Shown here piece by piece: positions 18,488 to 28,493 of a stretch of 37,983 nt of DNA (the stretch's first letter is position 1; every line of letters starts with the position of its first letter). The translations under genes and the position numbers were made by a program. Under the pieces are notes generated by a model that made no database searches, was not told where the DNA came from, and saw only the letters and a program-made list of their open reading frames with translations. The stretch is taken from contig CAYOYL010000036.1 of the NCBI GenBank assembly GCA_964408175.1, positions 1 through 37,983 on the forward strand, in the 5' to 3' direction. The stretch comes from an uncultured bacterium (GTDB lineage Bacteria; Ratteibacteria; UBA8468; B48-G9; JAFGKM01).

Positions 18488-19304
18488 CATCATAAGACTG
18501 TATAAGGGTAATTTTAACAGTGCTGTTCGTTACAAAACAGATGTGCAGGAAGTTGTGCGGAATTATTTTATTGCCGGAATAAAAAGGCTGCATATAGTTT
18601 TTCTCTGGGGGGCACATACGGGTAAACTCTCTGAGAAAGAAGAAGAGACTCTGAAGGATATAATAAAAACAAGAGATATATATTCCCCTGAATGCAGGAT
18701 ACAAATCGGCGGAGGTATAAGGAGATACGAACAGATTGAAAAATTCTCTGAACAGGGGATAGACCTGTTTATCCTCGGGACGTCTCTTTTGATACCCCTT
18801 GCAATGGAAGAAGGATTTACAAAAAATGAGATAAAACTTTTTTATCAGAACGGCGGTAAACAATTCAAGGAAGAACTGGAAATTCCGGACCCTGAACTGA
18901 CTGGGAAAATAGATAAATATCAGAAAGACAAAATACTGGTGGCAGTAGACTACAGGAAAGGCGAAACAGCACTCAGCGGCTGGGAGGTCACCATTCCCCT
19001 GACGCCGCACTACGTAATAAAAAAACTGCTTGAAAAAGGTTATAAAAGGTTTGTCATTACCAACGTGGATAGGGATGGTACACTTGAAGGAATAGATATA
19101 CAGTCAATAAAAACCATCATGGACAAGGTTTCGTACAGTCCTGAAAAGCCTGAAGAACTTATCGTCTCCGGCGGGATAACAACGGAAACGGATATTACTT
19201 CCCTGCAGACACTAAAGAACAAACCCGACGGTTTCATCATAGGAAAAGCTCTCTATCAGAAAAAGATGGATATACGCACCCTTATAAAAAAATTCCAGAT
19301 ATAG
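18450..19304 (+). CDS. hisA: HisA/HisF-family TIM-barrel protein (divergent ProFAR isomerase-like)
   Basis: SD GAGAGGA then ATG 18450. VIPAVDL, QIGGGIR, VAVD, TNVDRDGTLEG, SGGI and IIGKALY. Confidence 0.75.
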   Translation: MLVIPAVDLKSSNIIRLYKGNFNSAVRYKTDVQEVVRNYFIAGIKRLHIVFLWGAHTGKLSEKEEETLKDIIKTRDIYSPECRIQIGGGIRRYEQIEKFSEQGIDLFILGTSLLIPLAMEEGFTKNEIKLFYQNGGKQFKEELEIPDPELTGKIDKYQKDKILVAVDYRKGETALSGWEVTIPLTPHYVIKKLLEKGYKRFVITNVDRDGTLEGIDIQSIKTIMDKVSYSPEKPEELIVSGGITTETDITSLQTLKNKPDGFIIGKALYQKKMDIRTLIKKFQI

Positions 19305-19348
19305 CGACAACAGTTATGCTGCACTTATAACAGTATGCAATGCTCATT

Positions 19349-19381
19349 TCCCCCTTTCAGAGGGGGAACAAGGGGGATTTA
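19349..19381 (+). repeat. REP-like palindromic repeat (copy 1)
   Basis: TCCCCCTTTCAGAGGGGGAACAAGGGGGATTTA, closely matching 31782-31816. Confidence 0.75.
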
Positions 19382-19382
19382 G

Positions 19383-19964
19383 ATGCGTAAACATATACCT
19401 GTTATTCTATTGTTGCCAGCCCTCTTTTTTATTTTTACGGCACGGTCATCTCCCCAACCCTTTCAAGGCAGCATATACCCTGCTAACAACGGTGATTACA
19501 GAGGACAAATACTGACCCACCTGAAAAAAGCCGAAAAATCCATCTATATAATTATGTTTCTTGCAAGTTATTATCCTCAGCATCCAGACAGTCCTACCAA
19601 CCTCTTCATAAGGGAACTGATAGGTGCAAAGAAAAGAGGGGTGGATGTTAAGGTTATCCTCAACCAGTCTGATAGTAACTATTCTTCGCATTCCACAACG
19701 GAAAATCTAAAAACAGGTGCATATCTCACAAACAACGGTATTACCGTATATTTTGATTCACCCAAAAAGACCACCCATGCAAAACTAATTATTATTGATG
19801 AAAGATTCGTCGTAATTGGAAGCACCAACTGGTCATATTCTGCAATGGCAAAAAACAATGAAACATCCGTCATAATTGACTCAACGGAACTGGCAAAGTC
19901 ATACATAAAATATTTTGAAGAAATAAAAAAGGGATGTCGCCCATTTCTCCCCTCACATAAATAA
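19383..19964 (+). CDS. exported single-domain PLD-family (Nuc-like) phosphodiesterase/nuclease
   Basis: Signal peptide and one HKD motif, HAKLIIIDERFVVIGSTNWS...NNE. Confidence 0.88.
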   Translation: MRKHIPVILLLPALFFIFTARSSPQPFQGSIYPANNGDYRGQILTHLKKAEKSIYIIMFLASYYPQHPDSPTNLFIRELIGAKKRGVDVKVILNQSDSNYSSHSTTENLKTGAYLTNNGITVYFDSPKKTTHAKLIIIDERFVVIGSTNWSYSAMAKNNETSVIIDSTELAKSYIKYFEEIKKGCRPFLPSHK

Positions 19965-19972
19965 TTTCTGCA

Positions 19973-20023
19973 TAAGAGCGGCAAAAGAGGAATTCCAGAA
20001 AAAATTGGTTTTTATGAGCGGCA
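19973..20023 (+). promoter_or_regulatory. direct repeat TA(A/T)GAGCGGCA x2 upstream of an extended -10
   Basis: Copies at 19973-19983 and 20013-20023 (40-bp period). TGCTAAAAT at 20033-20041. Confidence 0.3.
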
Positions 20024-20098
20024 GTAAAATTATGCTAAAATGGTCTTTGTACTAAAAAGTAAATTTGGCATAATGAACCTACATTCAAGGAGCATTTT

Positions 20099-22006
20099 AT
20101 GGAAAATAGCGGTTTTCGTCTGCGGGCCATTGTTCTCGGAACTATCTTGTCCTTCTGCATAGGAGCCGGTAATGTGTATAATCTGATGGTTATTCAGGGC
20201 TCTTTTATGGCACTGGATTTTACCACACCTGCGGCAATTTTCTTCATTTTCTGGATAGCCCTCTACAACTACTTTGCAAGAAAGTATTTCCCGAAAGGCT
20301 CATTCTCTTACGCAGAACTTATCCTGATATACATAATGATGCTGGTCTCTTGCTCAATACCCACAATGGGGCTGAACCTTTATCTTATACCACTTATAGC
20401 AGGAACAGGATACTATGCAACGCCGCAGAACCAGTGGGATAAGATTATTCTACCGCATATAAAGAAATGGACAGTCGTGCAGGACGGCAATGCTGTGAGA
20501 TGGTTTTTTGAAGGCATACCTAAAGGAGAACCTATCCCATGGAAGGCATGGTTCACACCTCTGTTTTCATGGACACTACTCATTCTCGCCGTATTTCTTG
20601 TAATGATATTCCTTATGGTTATCCTCAGAAAACAATGGGTGGAGAGTGAAAAACTCAACTACCCAATGACGAAAACACCTCTTGAACTAATCAACGCTCC
20701 AGAAAACGAGGTCTTCAAAAACAGGGTCTTCTGGCTTGGGTTTCTTATACCCTTTACAGTCGGTTGTATCAATGCCTTACACTTTTATCAGCCACTCTTT
20801 CCAGGAATAAACCTGCTGACAAACGTTCCCTTATTCAGAAGAACAGTCCACCTGCAGTTCCGGGTAAGTTTTCCTATGATTGGATTCGCCTACTTCATTA
20901 ACCTGCCACTTGCCTTCAGCCTTTGGTTTTTCTGCCTTTTTACGACATTTCAGCAGGGGGTTTTTAATATTATGGGCTATGGAGTCACCGAATTTCTGCC
21001 ATATAACGCTGACAGGCCCCTTCTTGGATGGCAGTCTTTCGGGTCACTACTTGTCATAGTACTGTACGGATTTTATACCTCAAGGAAGAACCTTGCCGGA
21101 GTGGTAAGAAAAGCGCTGAAGAGAGAACCTGCTCTTTCCGATGACAATGAAATCGTTTCTTACGGGGTTGCTTTCTGGGGGACTGTAGCATCCATCCTTT
21201 TTATATTTGCATGGCTCATCGTAAGCGGGCTGTCTCCCCTGCCCGCTGTACTTTTTATCTTTTTCGCATTTGTAATATTCATCGGGATAACGAGGGTTGT
21301 AGCCGAGGGAGGTCTTGCGGCTACACGCGCACCTGTAATATCACCTGTCGCTACAACATCTCTTCTGGGGTCTGAAAGAATAGGTCCTTCGGGTTTATGT
21401 GCACTGGGACTTACTTTTGTTTACACCTCTGACGTAAGGACGTTCGTTATGGCTTCGGTTGCCAATGGACTGAAGATGCTTGAGAATATCAAAAGAAACA
21501 AAAGAATGATTTTCTGGGCGATAATACTCTCCATTGTCGTAACCTTTTTTGCATCCGTATGGGCAACACTACTTCTCGGATACAGGTACGGAGCGATAAA
21601 TGCCAATTCATGGTTTTTCGTATCAGGTCCCCAGTATCCATGGAAATATGCGGCGGAAAAGATAAAACAGCCTGGAGGTATTGATTCTCTCTATATTATT
21701 TTTACCGGTATAGGCGCAGCAGTTACCATTCTTTTACAGGTAATGCGTGCAAGATTTCTGTGGTTTCCGTTCCACCCATTGGGGCTTGCCTTCTCCACCA
21801 TAATGATGACAAACGCCCTCTGGTTTTCAATATTCATAGCATGGCTGGTAAAAACCATGATACTACGTTACGGGGGGTCTCAGATTTACGAGAAAGGCAA
21901 GTCTTTTTTCATCGGTCTGATTGTGGGACAGTTTGTTGCTAATGGCATATGGCTTCTTATTGATTTCTTTACAGGAAAAACCGGCAACGTAATCTTCTGG
22001 GCATAG
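20099..22006 (+). CDS. polytopic membrane protein, DUF6785/DUF6784-like putative transporter
   Basis: Many hydrophobic segments. ELILIY, PIPWKAW, LRKQWVESEKLNYP, RVVAEGG, WFPFHPLG and LRYGG...FFIGLIVG. Confidence 0.75.
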   Translation: MENSGFRLRAIVLGTILSFCIGAGNVYNLMVIQGSFMALDFTTPAAIFFIFWIALYNYFARKYFPKGSFSYAELILIYIMMLVSCSIPTMGLNLYLIPLIAGTGYYATPQNQWDKIILPHIKKWTVVQDGNAVRWFFEGIPKGEPIPWKAWFTPLFSWTLLILAVFLVMIFLMVILRKQWVESEKLNYPMTKTPLELINAPENEVFKNRVFWLGFLIPFTVGCINALHFYQPLFPGINLLTNVPLFRRTVHLQFRVSFPMIGFAYFINLPLAFSLWFFCLFTTFQQGVFNIMGYGVTEFLPYNADRPLLGWQSFGSLLVIVLYGFYTSRKNLAGVVRKALKREPALSDDNEIVSYGVAFWGTVASILFIFAWLIVSGLSPLPAVLFIFFAFVIFIGITRVVAEGGLAATRAPVISPVATTSLLGSERIGPSGLCALGLTFVYTSDVRTFVMASVANGLKMLENIKRNKRMIFWAIILSIVVTFFASVWATLLLGYRYGAINANSWFFVSGPQYPWKYAAEKIKQPGGIDSLYIIFTGIGAAVTILLQVMRARFLWFPFHPLGLAFSTIMMTNALWFSIFIAWLVKTMILRYGGSQIYEKGKSFFIGLIVGQFVANGIWLLIDFFTGKTGNVIFWA

Positions 22007-22010
22007 CGGA

Positions 22011-23579
22011 TTATTGATTACGGTTAACAGCCATCTTATGAAGTTTATATTCAACGCTGTCAATCAGTGCCTTCCATGATGCTTCTATGATGTTCTCGGA
22101 AACACCAATGGTTCCCCAGGTCCCATCCTCATCCGTCGTTTCTATGACAACCCTTGTCACAGCAGCCGTTGCCTCTTCAGGATGTATTATCCTGACCCTG
22201 TAATCAGTCAACTTCATATCTTCTATCTCAGGATAAATCTTCACCAGAGCCTTTCTCAGAGCATTATCAAGCGCATTAACAGGTCCGTTACCCTCACTGG
22301 CTGTGTGCTCAACCAAATTATCAACCCGGATTTTAACTGTTGCTTCCGAAACAACCCTGTTACACCTTTTTTCCACAAGGACGCTGAATCCTTCTACAGT
22401 AAAAAGTTTTCTGTATTCACCGAGTGTTTTCCTGACCATAATGTCAAATGACCCCTCAGCCGACTCAAACTGATATCCCTCATTCTCAAGTTTTGTAACG
22501 CTGTCAAGTATTTTTTTGATACTTTCAGGGTCATTGTCAAGGTTGTAGTTTTTCGCCTTCTGAAGTATGGTACTTTTACCTGAAAGTTCAGAGAGTAAAA
22601 TCCTCCGTTCGTTACCCACCTTTGCAGGGTCAATATGTTCATAGGTTACAGGATTTTTACTGACAGCGTCAACGTGGATTCCCCCCTTATGTGCGAAGGC
22701 ACTCATACCTACAAACGGCTGTGAATTTGGAGGAATCATATTGGCGGTTTCATATACAAAACGGGAGACCTCTTTGAGGCGAACAAGGTTTTTGTCATTC
22801 ACACATCTGTAACCCATCTTCAGTTGCAGTACAGGGATGATAGCGGAAAGGTCTGCATTGCCGCATCTCTCTCCTATCCCATTCATGGTTCCCTGTACGT
22901 GCATCACCCCTGCCCTGACCGCTGTTATGGTATTGGAAACACCCACTCCGGAATCATTATGGGCATGTATTCCGAGAGGAACGCTGACGTTAGCGGAAAC
23001 CTTCTTTATTATCTTTTCTATTTCAAAAGGCAGTGAACCGCCATTAGTATCGCAGAGAACCAATTTATCCGCACCAGCATCTTGGGCAACAGTCAGTGTT
23101 TTCAGAGCATACTCAGGATTTTTTTTATAACCGTCAAAAAAATGTTCTGCATCATAAAATACTATCCTTCCGTGTTTTTTTAAGAACTTTACGGAATCCT
23201 CAATTAACTTCAGATTCTCTGCCATTGTAATTCTCAGAACATCCTGAACATGCAGGTCCCACGATTTACCAAATATGATAATGTACTCAGTCCCACTTTC
23301 AAGAAGTTTTTTCAAAAGCAGGTCTTTGTCTGCAGAAAAGTTCTTCCTTCTGGTACTGCCAAAGGCTACAATTTTTACATTCCTGAATTTTCTGTTTTTA
23401 ACCTGAGCAAAGAACGAAATATCCTTTGGATTTGAGCCCGGCCAGCCACCCTCAACAAAGTCAATACCGAACTCGTCCAGTTTCTCCGCAATCTTAATCT
23501 TATCTTTTATGGTAAAGGATATAGACTCTCCTTGAGAACCATCACGCAGTGTCGTATCATATATTTCCACTTTTTCCAT
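22011..23579 (-). CDS. cimA: citramalate synthase (LeuA family)
   Basis: DTTLRDGSQ, EGGWPGSNPKD, YDAEHFFDG, HAHND, GERCGN, FAHKGGIH and C-terminal regulatory domain. Confidence 0.93.
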   Translation of the reverse strand: MEKVEIYDTTLRDGSQGESISFTIKDKIKIAEKLDEFGIDFVEGGWPGSNPKDISFFAQVKNRKFRNVKIVAFGSTRRKNFSADKDLLLKKLLESGTEYIIIFGKSWDLHVQDVLRITMAENLKLIEDSVKFLKKHGRIVFYDAEHFFDGYKKNPEYALKTLTVAQDAGADKLVLCDTNGGSLPFEIEKIIKKVSANVSVPLGIHAHNDSGVGVSNTITAVRAGVMHVQGTMNGIGERCGNADLSAIIPVLQLKMGYRCVNDKNLVRLKEVSRFVYETANMIPPNSQPFVGMSAFAHKGGIHVDAVSKNPVTYEHIDPAKVGNERRILLSELSGKSTILQKAKNYNLDNDPESIKKILDSVTKLENEGYQFESAEGSFDIMVRKTLGEYRKLFTVEGFSVLVEKRCNRVVSEATVKIRVDNLVEHTASEGNGPVNALDNALRKALVKIYPEIEDMKLTDYRVRIIHPEEATAAVTRVVIETTDEDGTWGTIGVSENIIEASWKALIDSVEYKLHKMAVNRNQ

Positions 23580-23602
23580 TTTGCGTCTCCTATATACTGT
23601 AA

Positions 23603-23631
23603 ATTATACTTCCTGTACTCTTTACTGTCAA
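23603..23631 (-). promoter_or_regulatory. consensus sigma70 promoter for cimA
   Basis: Minus strand TTGACA (23631-23626), 17-bp spacer, TATAAT (23608-23603). Confidence 0.8.
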
Positions 23632-23692
23632 AAACAATTACCCAGATATGGAATATGTGGTATTATATGAGATGTGAAATGCGAGGCTTAAA

Positions 23693-24994
23693 ATGAAAAA
23701 AATACTCTTCTGTTTATACCTGTTTCTGTTATTCACCCATGGACTGTCAGATGCAAAACAGAATACTGGATATATGCTAAATGTAGACAGTGCCATAGGC
23801 CCCATCACCTATTACCAGATAAAAAACATTCTAACGCTCGCAAGGAGGAACGACGCAGACTTTGTAATCCTCACAATAGACACTCCAGGGGGTTTACTAT
23901 CTTCCACAAGAAAAATAGTTCAGGAGATACTGGCATCCGACATTCCTGTCATAGGGTTTGTCCATCCCAAGGGTTCACAGTGTGCCTCTGCCGGAGTATT
24001 TATTGCACTTTCCTGCCATATTATTGCTATGTCCCCCGCCACCAACATAGGTGCAGCCCACCCGGTAAACCTCGGGGGCAAGCAGGATGAAATAATGGAA
24101 GAAAAGGTTATAAATGATACGGTAAGTTTTATAAAAAGTATCGCACGCCACCGCGGCAGGAATACAAAATGGGCAGAAAAATCTGTGAGGGAAAGTATTT
24201 CTTCAACCGAAACTGAGGCACTGAATGAAAGGGTTATAGATGTAATAGCAAACGATACAGGTGAACTCTTAACCGCAATAGACGGAAAGACCATAAAGAT
24301 AAATGACAGAGAAAAGGTTTTAAACACAAAGGATGCACGATTATTAACACCGAGGGAGAGTTTTAAGGAAAGGGTTTTAAAAATTATTGCAAATCCAAAT
24401 ATTGCCTATATACTGCTGACGCTCGGCACACTGGGCATACTCATGGAACTGTACAACCCTGGACTGGGAATCCCCGGAATTGTCGGTACAGTATCCCTTA
24501 TCCTTGCATTCTTCGCCCTGCATACCCTGTCCATAAATGTCTCTGGTTTATTACTCATTGCAGTAAGTTTTGTTTTCTTCGCCATAGAAGCAGTAACCCC
24601 TTCATTTGGACTATTTATCATCTCAGGCATAATAACGCTTACGCTCGGTTCATTCTTTCTTTTCCGTCCGATGTCCGACATCAAGATACCCAACACCCTG
24701 ATAGTCGGGGTTGTAACAACTGTAGGAATTATACTATGGCTCGCAATATGGTTTCTATGGAGGACAAAAAGCAGGAAAATCACAACCGGTAAGGAGGGAC
24801 TGCTCAGTGAGAAGGCAAGGGTTGTCAAAACACTGAACCCGGAAGGAACTGTTTTCATACAGGGGGAGTACTGGAAGGCACGCAGTGAAACCGGCGAAAT
24901 CCCGAAGGACGCAACGGTGGTTGTAAATGCATACGACGGCTTCACACTTATAGTAAAGGAGTCAGAGCATGACGGAACGGAAGTAAAATCCTGA
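23693..24994 (+). CDS. nfeD: long-form NfeD family membrane-bound serine protease (ClpP-class domain + TM + OB-fold)
   Basis: Signal peptide, IDTPGG, ASAG, TNIGAAHPV, EKVIND, a transmembrane region and GTVFIQGEYWKA. Confidence 0.9.
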   Translation: MKKILFCLYLFLLFTHGLSDAKQNTGYMLNVDSAIGPITYYQIKNILTLARRNDADFVILTIDTPGGLLSSTRKIVQEILASDIPVIGFVHPKGSQCASAGVFIALSCHIIAMSPATNIGAAHPVNLGGKQDEIMEEKVINDTVSFIKSIARHRGRNTKWAEKSVRESISSTETEALNERVIDVIANDTGELLTAIDGKTIKINDREKVLNTKDARLLTPRESFKERVLKIIANPNIAYILLTLGTLGILMELYNPGLGIPGIVGTVSLILAFFALHTLSINVSGLLLIAVSFVFFAIEAVTPSFGLFIISGIITLTLGSFFLFRPMSDIKIPNTLIVGVVTTVGIILWLAIWFLWRTKSRKITTGKEGLLSEKARVVKTLNPEGTVFIQGEYWKARSETGEIPKDATVVVNAYDGFTLIVKESEHDGTEVKS

Positions 24995-25015
24995 AAAGGA
25001 GAAGAGAGGTTAACA

Positions 25016-25672
25016 ATGAATGAAAACCTTTATGAGTCTGATGTATGGAGAATATTCAGGATAATGGCGGAGTTTGTAGAAGGGTTTGAGACCCTTGAAA
25101 AAACCAAAAACGCGGTAACGGTCTGGGGTTCAGCAAGAGTCAAAGAAAATGACGAGTGGTACAAAAAAGCAGTCATAGCAGGAAAACTTCTTGCAGAAAA
25201 AGGATATTCAGTTATAACCGGCGGCGGCCCCGGTATTATGGAAGCCGCAAACAGAGGAGCATCGGAGGTAAATGGAGACTCCATAGGAATAAACATTGAA
25301 CTGCCGCATGAACAGAAACCAAATCCATACATAAAGACGCTTATATCATGCAGGTATTTTTTTACAAGAAAGGTGATGTTCGTTAAGTATGCAAAGGGGT
25401 TTATTATCTTTCCCGGAGGATTCGGCACACTTGATGAGTTTGCAGAGACAGTAACACTTATCCAGACTGAAAGGATACACAAATTCCCTCTCGTGCTTAT
25501 GGGGAGAGACCACTGGAGAGGACTGGTTGACTGGTTAGAAAAAAAGGTGATTCCAAAAAGTTACATAGATAATAAAGACCTGAATCTTTTTACCATTGTT
25601 GACGAGCCTGAAGATGCTGTGGATTGTATAGAGAGGTTTTATAAAAAAATACCGGACAACAATACAGAGTAA
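25016..25672 (+). CDS. LOG family (TIGR00730-like) nucleotide phosphoribohydrolase
   Basis: WGSAR, TGGGPGIMEAANRGA, YFFTRKVMF and PGGFGTLDE. Confidence 0.92.
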   Translation: MNENLYESDVWRIFRIMAEFVEGFETLEKTKNAVTVWGSARVKENDEWYKKAVIAGKLLAEKGYSVITGGGPGIMEAANRGASEVNGDSIGINIELPHEQKPNPYIKTLISCRYFFTRKVMFVKYAKGFIIFPGGFGTLDEFAETVTLIQTERIHKFPLVLMGRDHWRGLVDWLEKKVIPKSYIDNKDLNLFTIVDEPEDAVDCIERFYKKIPDNNTE

Positions 25673-25715
25673 TCTTGAGAATCTGGGGATAGTTTTACCT
25701 TACAGGAGAAGATAG

Positions 25716-27119
25716 ATGGCTAAAACAAAAAAGAGACCTGATGTATTGTTTATAATCACTGATGACCAGCGTTTTGACACCATCAACGTATTGGGCAACA
25801 AGGATATTATAACACCCAATATGGACAGTCTTGTAAAAAACGGAGTATCCTTCACCCACTCTTACATACAGGGTGGCACTGTAGGGGCAGTGTGCATGCC
25901 GAGCAGGGCAATGTTACATACAGGCAGGTCGCTGTTTCGCATTAAAGACTCAGGTCTATCTATTCCCCAAACCCATACTTTGATGGGAACTGTTTTCCAG
26001 AAAGCAGGCTACCGGGTATTCGGAACAGGCAAGTGGCACAACGGGAAAAGTTCTTATGCAAGAAGTTTTAGCGACGGGGCGGAGATATTCTTCGGAGGAA
26101 TGAGTGACCACTGGAATGTACCTGTATACGATTTTGACCCTGCAGGTAAATATGAAACAAAACTGCCGTTCTGTCCCAACGCTGGTCTTTCCAATAAAAT
26201 AGAGTATAGAGACTGCACACATATAACAGCAGGGAAACACTCAAGTGAATTGTTGTGCGATGCCGTAATAGACTTCATAAAAAAAGACAGAAGAGATAAA
26301 TCTTTGTTTCTTTACCTTTCCTCTTTAGCACCACATGACCCCAGAACAATGCCTGAAAAATACCTCAAGATGTACAATTCAGAAAAAATTACTCTGCCTC
26401 CTAATTTTATGGGCGGTCATTCCTTTGACAACGGAGCACTCCATATAAGAGATGAATTGCTTGCAGGCTTTCCGAGAACACCTGACGAGATAAAAAGACA
26501 CATATCTGAATATTATGCGATGATAACCCATCTTGACGCCAATATAGGCAGGGTAATAAAAGCACTTAAAGAGACTGGCAGGTTTGAGAATACCATTATT
26601 GTATTAACGGGAGACAACGGACTTGCACTGGGACAGCATGGGTTAATGGGGAAACAAAATATGTACGAACATAGTATTCATGTGCCACTTGTTATGTGTG
26701 GACCGAAGTTACCGAGGAACGAAAAGAGGGATGCTTTTGTGTATCTTTTTGATATTTTTCCTACCCTGTGCGAACTTACAGGTCTTCCCATCCCAAAATC
26801 AGTGGATGGTGCAAGTCTTGTACCGACCCTGAAAAACCCATCTTATAAGATACGCAAAGAGATGCTTTTTGCATACACCCAGTTTCAGAGGGCGGCACGC
26901 GAAGAGAGATTTAAATTGGTTGAATATAAAGTTAACGGGGAAAGAACCACCCAGCTATTTGACCTGCAGGAGGACCCCTTTGAGATGAATAATCTTGCTT
27001 CAGAGAAAAGTCAGAAAAACAGGGTCTCAAGACTGCGCAATCTTCTGGTAAAAATGAAAAAGAAATACCATGACTCCGATGTAAGATGGGGCAAAATTTT
27101 CTGGGATGGTTGGAAATAA
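25716..27119 (+). CDS. formylglycine-dependent (Cys-type) sulfatase, cytoplasmic
   Basis: ITDDQ, CMPSRAMLHTG, GKWH, APHDP, DNG and GKQNMYE. No signal peptide. Confidence 0.92.
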   Translation: MAKTKKRPDVLFIITDDQRFDTINVLGNKDIITPNMDSLVKNGVSFTHSYIQGGTVGAVCMPSRAMLHTGRSLFRIKDSGLSIPQTHTLMGTVFQKAGYRVFGTGKWHNGKSSYARSFSDGAEIFFGGMSDHWNVPVYDFDPAGKYETKLPFCPNAGLSNKIEYRDCTHITAGKHSSELLCDAVIDFIKKDRRDKSLFLYLSSLAPHDPRTMPEKYLKMYNSEKITLPPNFMGGHSFDNGALHIRDELLAGFPRTPDEIKRHISEYYAMITHLDANIGRVIKALKETGRFENTIIVLTGDNGLALGQHGLMGKQNMYEHSIHVPLVMCGPKLPRNEKRDAFVYLFDIFPTLCELTGLPIPKSVDGASLVPTLKNPSYKIRKEMLFAYTQFQRAAREERFKLVEYKVNGERTTQLFDLQEDPFEMNNLASEKSQKNRVSRLRNLLVKMKKKYHDSDVRWGKIFWDGWK

Positions 27120-27129
27120 AAATTGTTAC

Positions 27130-28476
27130 TCACGATGGTAAAAGTGCGGCGAACTCGGCGAGGTAGCGCTCGGCCATTTCCCTGTTTTTACCTTCAACGT
27201 AAAGTCTTATAATAGGTTCGGTACCTGATGCTCTGATATGTATCCATCCGTCTTTTCTCAGTATTTTCATACCATCCTCAAGACTAACATTTTCTTCCGT
27301 TGATGAATATTTTATTTTCAGTTCCTCCATCAGATAATCTTTCTGTTCAGGAGAAATCCTTACCTTCTTTTTGAACATAAAAAATTCAGGCAAGCCTTCC
27401 GTTTCATCAGAAACTTTTTTACCTGTCATAGCAAGATATTCCAGTATAAGTGCCATCCCCACAAAACTGTCCCTGCCGTAGTGAACCGCAGGGAATATAA
27501 CACCCCCGTTGCCTTCTCCTCCTATGACCGCACCCACCTCTTTCATCTTTTCTACAACATTAATCTCTCCTATTTTTGTCCGATAAACATCCACACTGAA
27601 CCTTCGCGTTACCTCTTCCACAAGTGCTGTTGTAGAAAGATTAACGACAACAGGTCTCTTTCCAGTACTCTTTTCAAGAATATTTTTTATACCTAATACG
27701 AGTGTGAGCTCTTCCCCGGGTATCGTACCATCTTCACAGACAAAAGCAAGTCTGTCACAGTCAGGGTCCTGGGCAAATCCTATATCCGCTTTTTCCTCAA
27801 CAACCTTAAGTGACAATTCTTTAAGGTTTTCTGGGAGAGGTTCAGGATTGTGAGAAAAAATACCTTGTGGTTCGGCATTTATAACCGCAACCTCACACCC
27901 CATACCCTCCAGAAACCTTCTTGATAAAAGTGCACCGACCCCCTGGCATACATCAACAACAACCTTGAATTTTTTCTTCCTGATTCTCTCAATGTCTATT
28001 GTGCCGTATATACTGTTAAAATATTGTTCCGTATAATCCTCAGAAGAAACAAATCCGGGATTTTTCACAACAGTAAAAGACTTTTTATGATAGATATCAA
28101 GCAGTTTTTTGCCTTCTTCAGCATTAAGAACCACTCCTTTGTCGGAGAAAAACTTTATACCGTTATACTCCTGAGGATTATGACTGGCAGTAATAACAAC
28201 GCCTGAGGACGGCTCTATCTTCTCTATTATGTATCCCATTTCAGGAGTTGGAGTAATACCGAGGTCAACAACGTCCTTTCCTGTACAGAGCAGGCCGGTT
28301 ATCATTGAATTCTTTAAGGAATCCCCGCTCACTCTCGTATCCCTGCTTACAAAAACCTTCTTTGTCTTAACATAACTTCCGAAAACAACACCGAATGTAA
28401 ATACAACATCGGAGGTTAGAGACTCTGGATAAATTCCTCGTATCCCTGAAACACTTATCTGTAGTTTATCTTTCAT
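27130..28476 (-). CDS. alpha-D-phosphohexomutase (phosphoglucosamine mutase / phosphomannomutase)
   Basis: SGIRG, ITASHNP, DPDCDR, GEGNGG and RASGTEP. Substrate specificity cannot be resolved. Confidence 0.9.
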   Translation of the reverse strand: MKDKLQISVSGIRGIYPESLTSDVVFTFGVVFGSYVKTKKVFVSRDTRVSGDSLKNSMITGLLCTGKDVVDLGITPTPEMGYIIEKIEPSSGVVITASHNPQEYNGIKFFSDKGVVLNAEEGKKLLDIYHKKSFTVVKNPGFVSSEDYTEQYFNSIYGTIDIERIRKKKFKVVVDVCQGVGALLSRRFLEGMGCEVAVINAEPQGIFSHNPEPLPENLKELSLKVVEEKADIGFAQDPDCDRLAFVCEDGTIPGEELTLVLGIKNILEKSTGKRPVVVNLSTTALVEEVTRRFSVDVYRTKIGEINVVEKMKEVGAVIGGEGNGGVIFPAVHYGRDSFVGMALILEYLAMTGKKVSDETEGLPEFFMFKKKVRISPEQKDYLMEELKIKYSSTEENVSLEDGMKILRKDGWIHIRASGTEPIIRLYVEGKNREMAERYLAEFAALLPS

Positions 28477-28493
28477 TTTTTAAGAGGAGCGGA

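Noticed and set aside
19383-19964. PLD nuclease as an anti-phage defence gene
   Set aside because: It has a signal peptide and no helicase, ATPase or methylase partner, so it fits an exported Nuc-like enzyme better.
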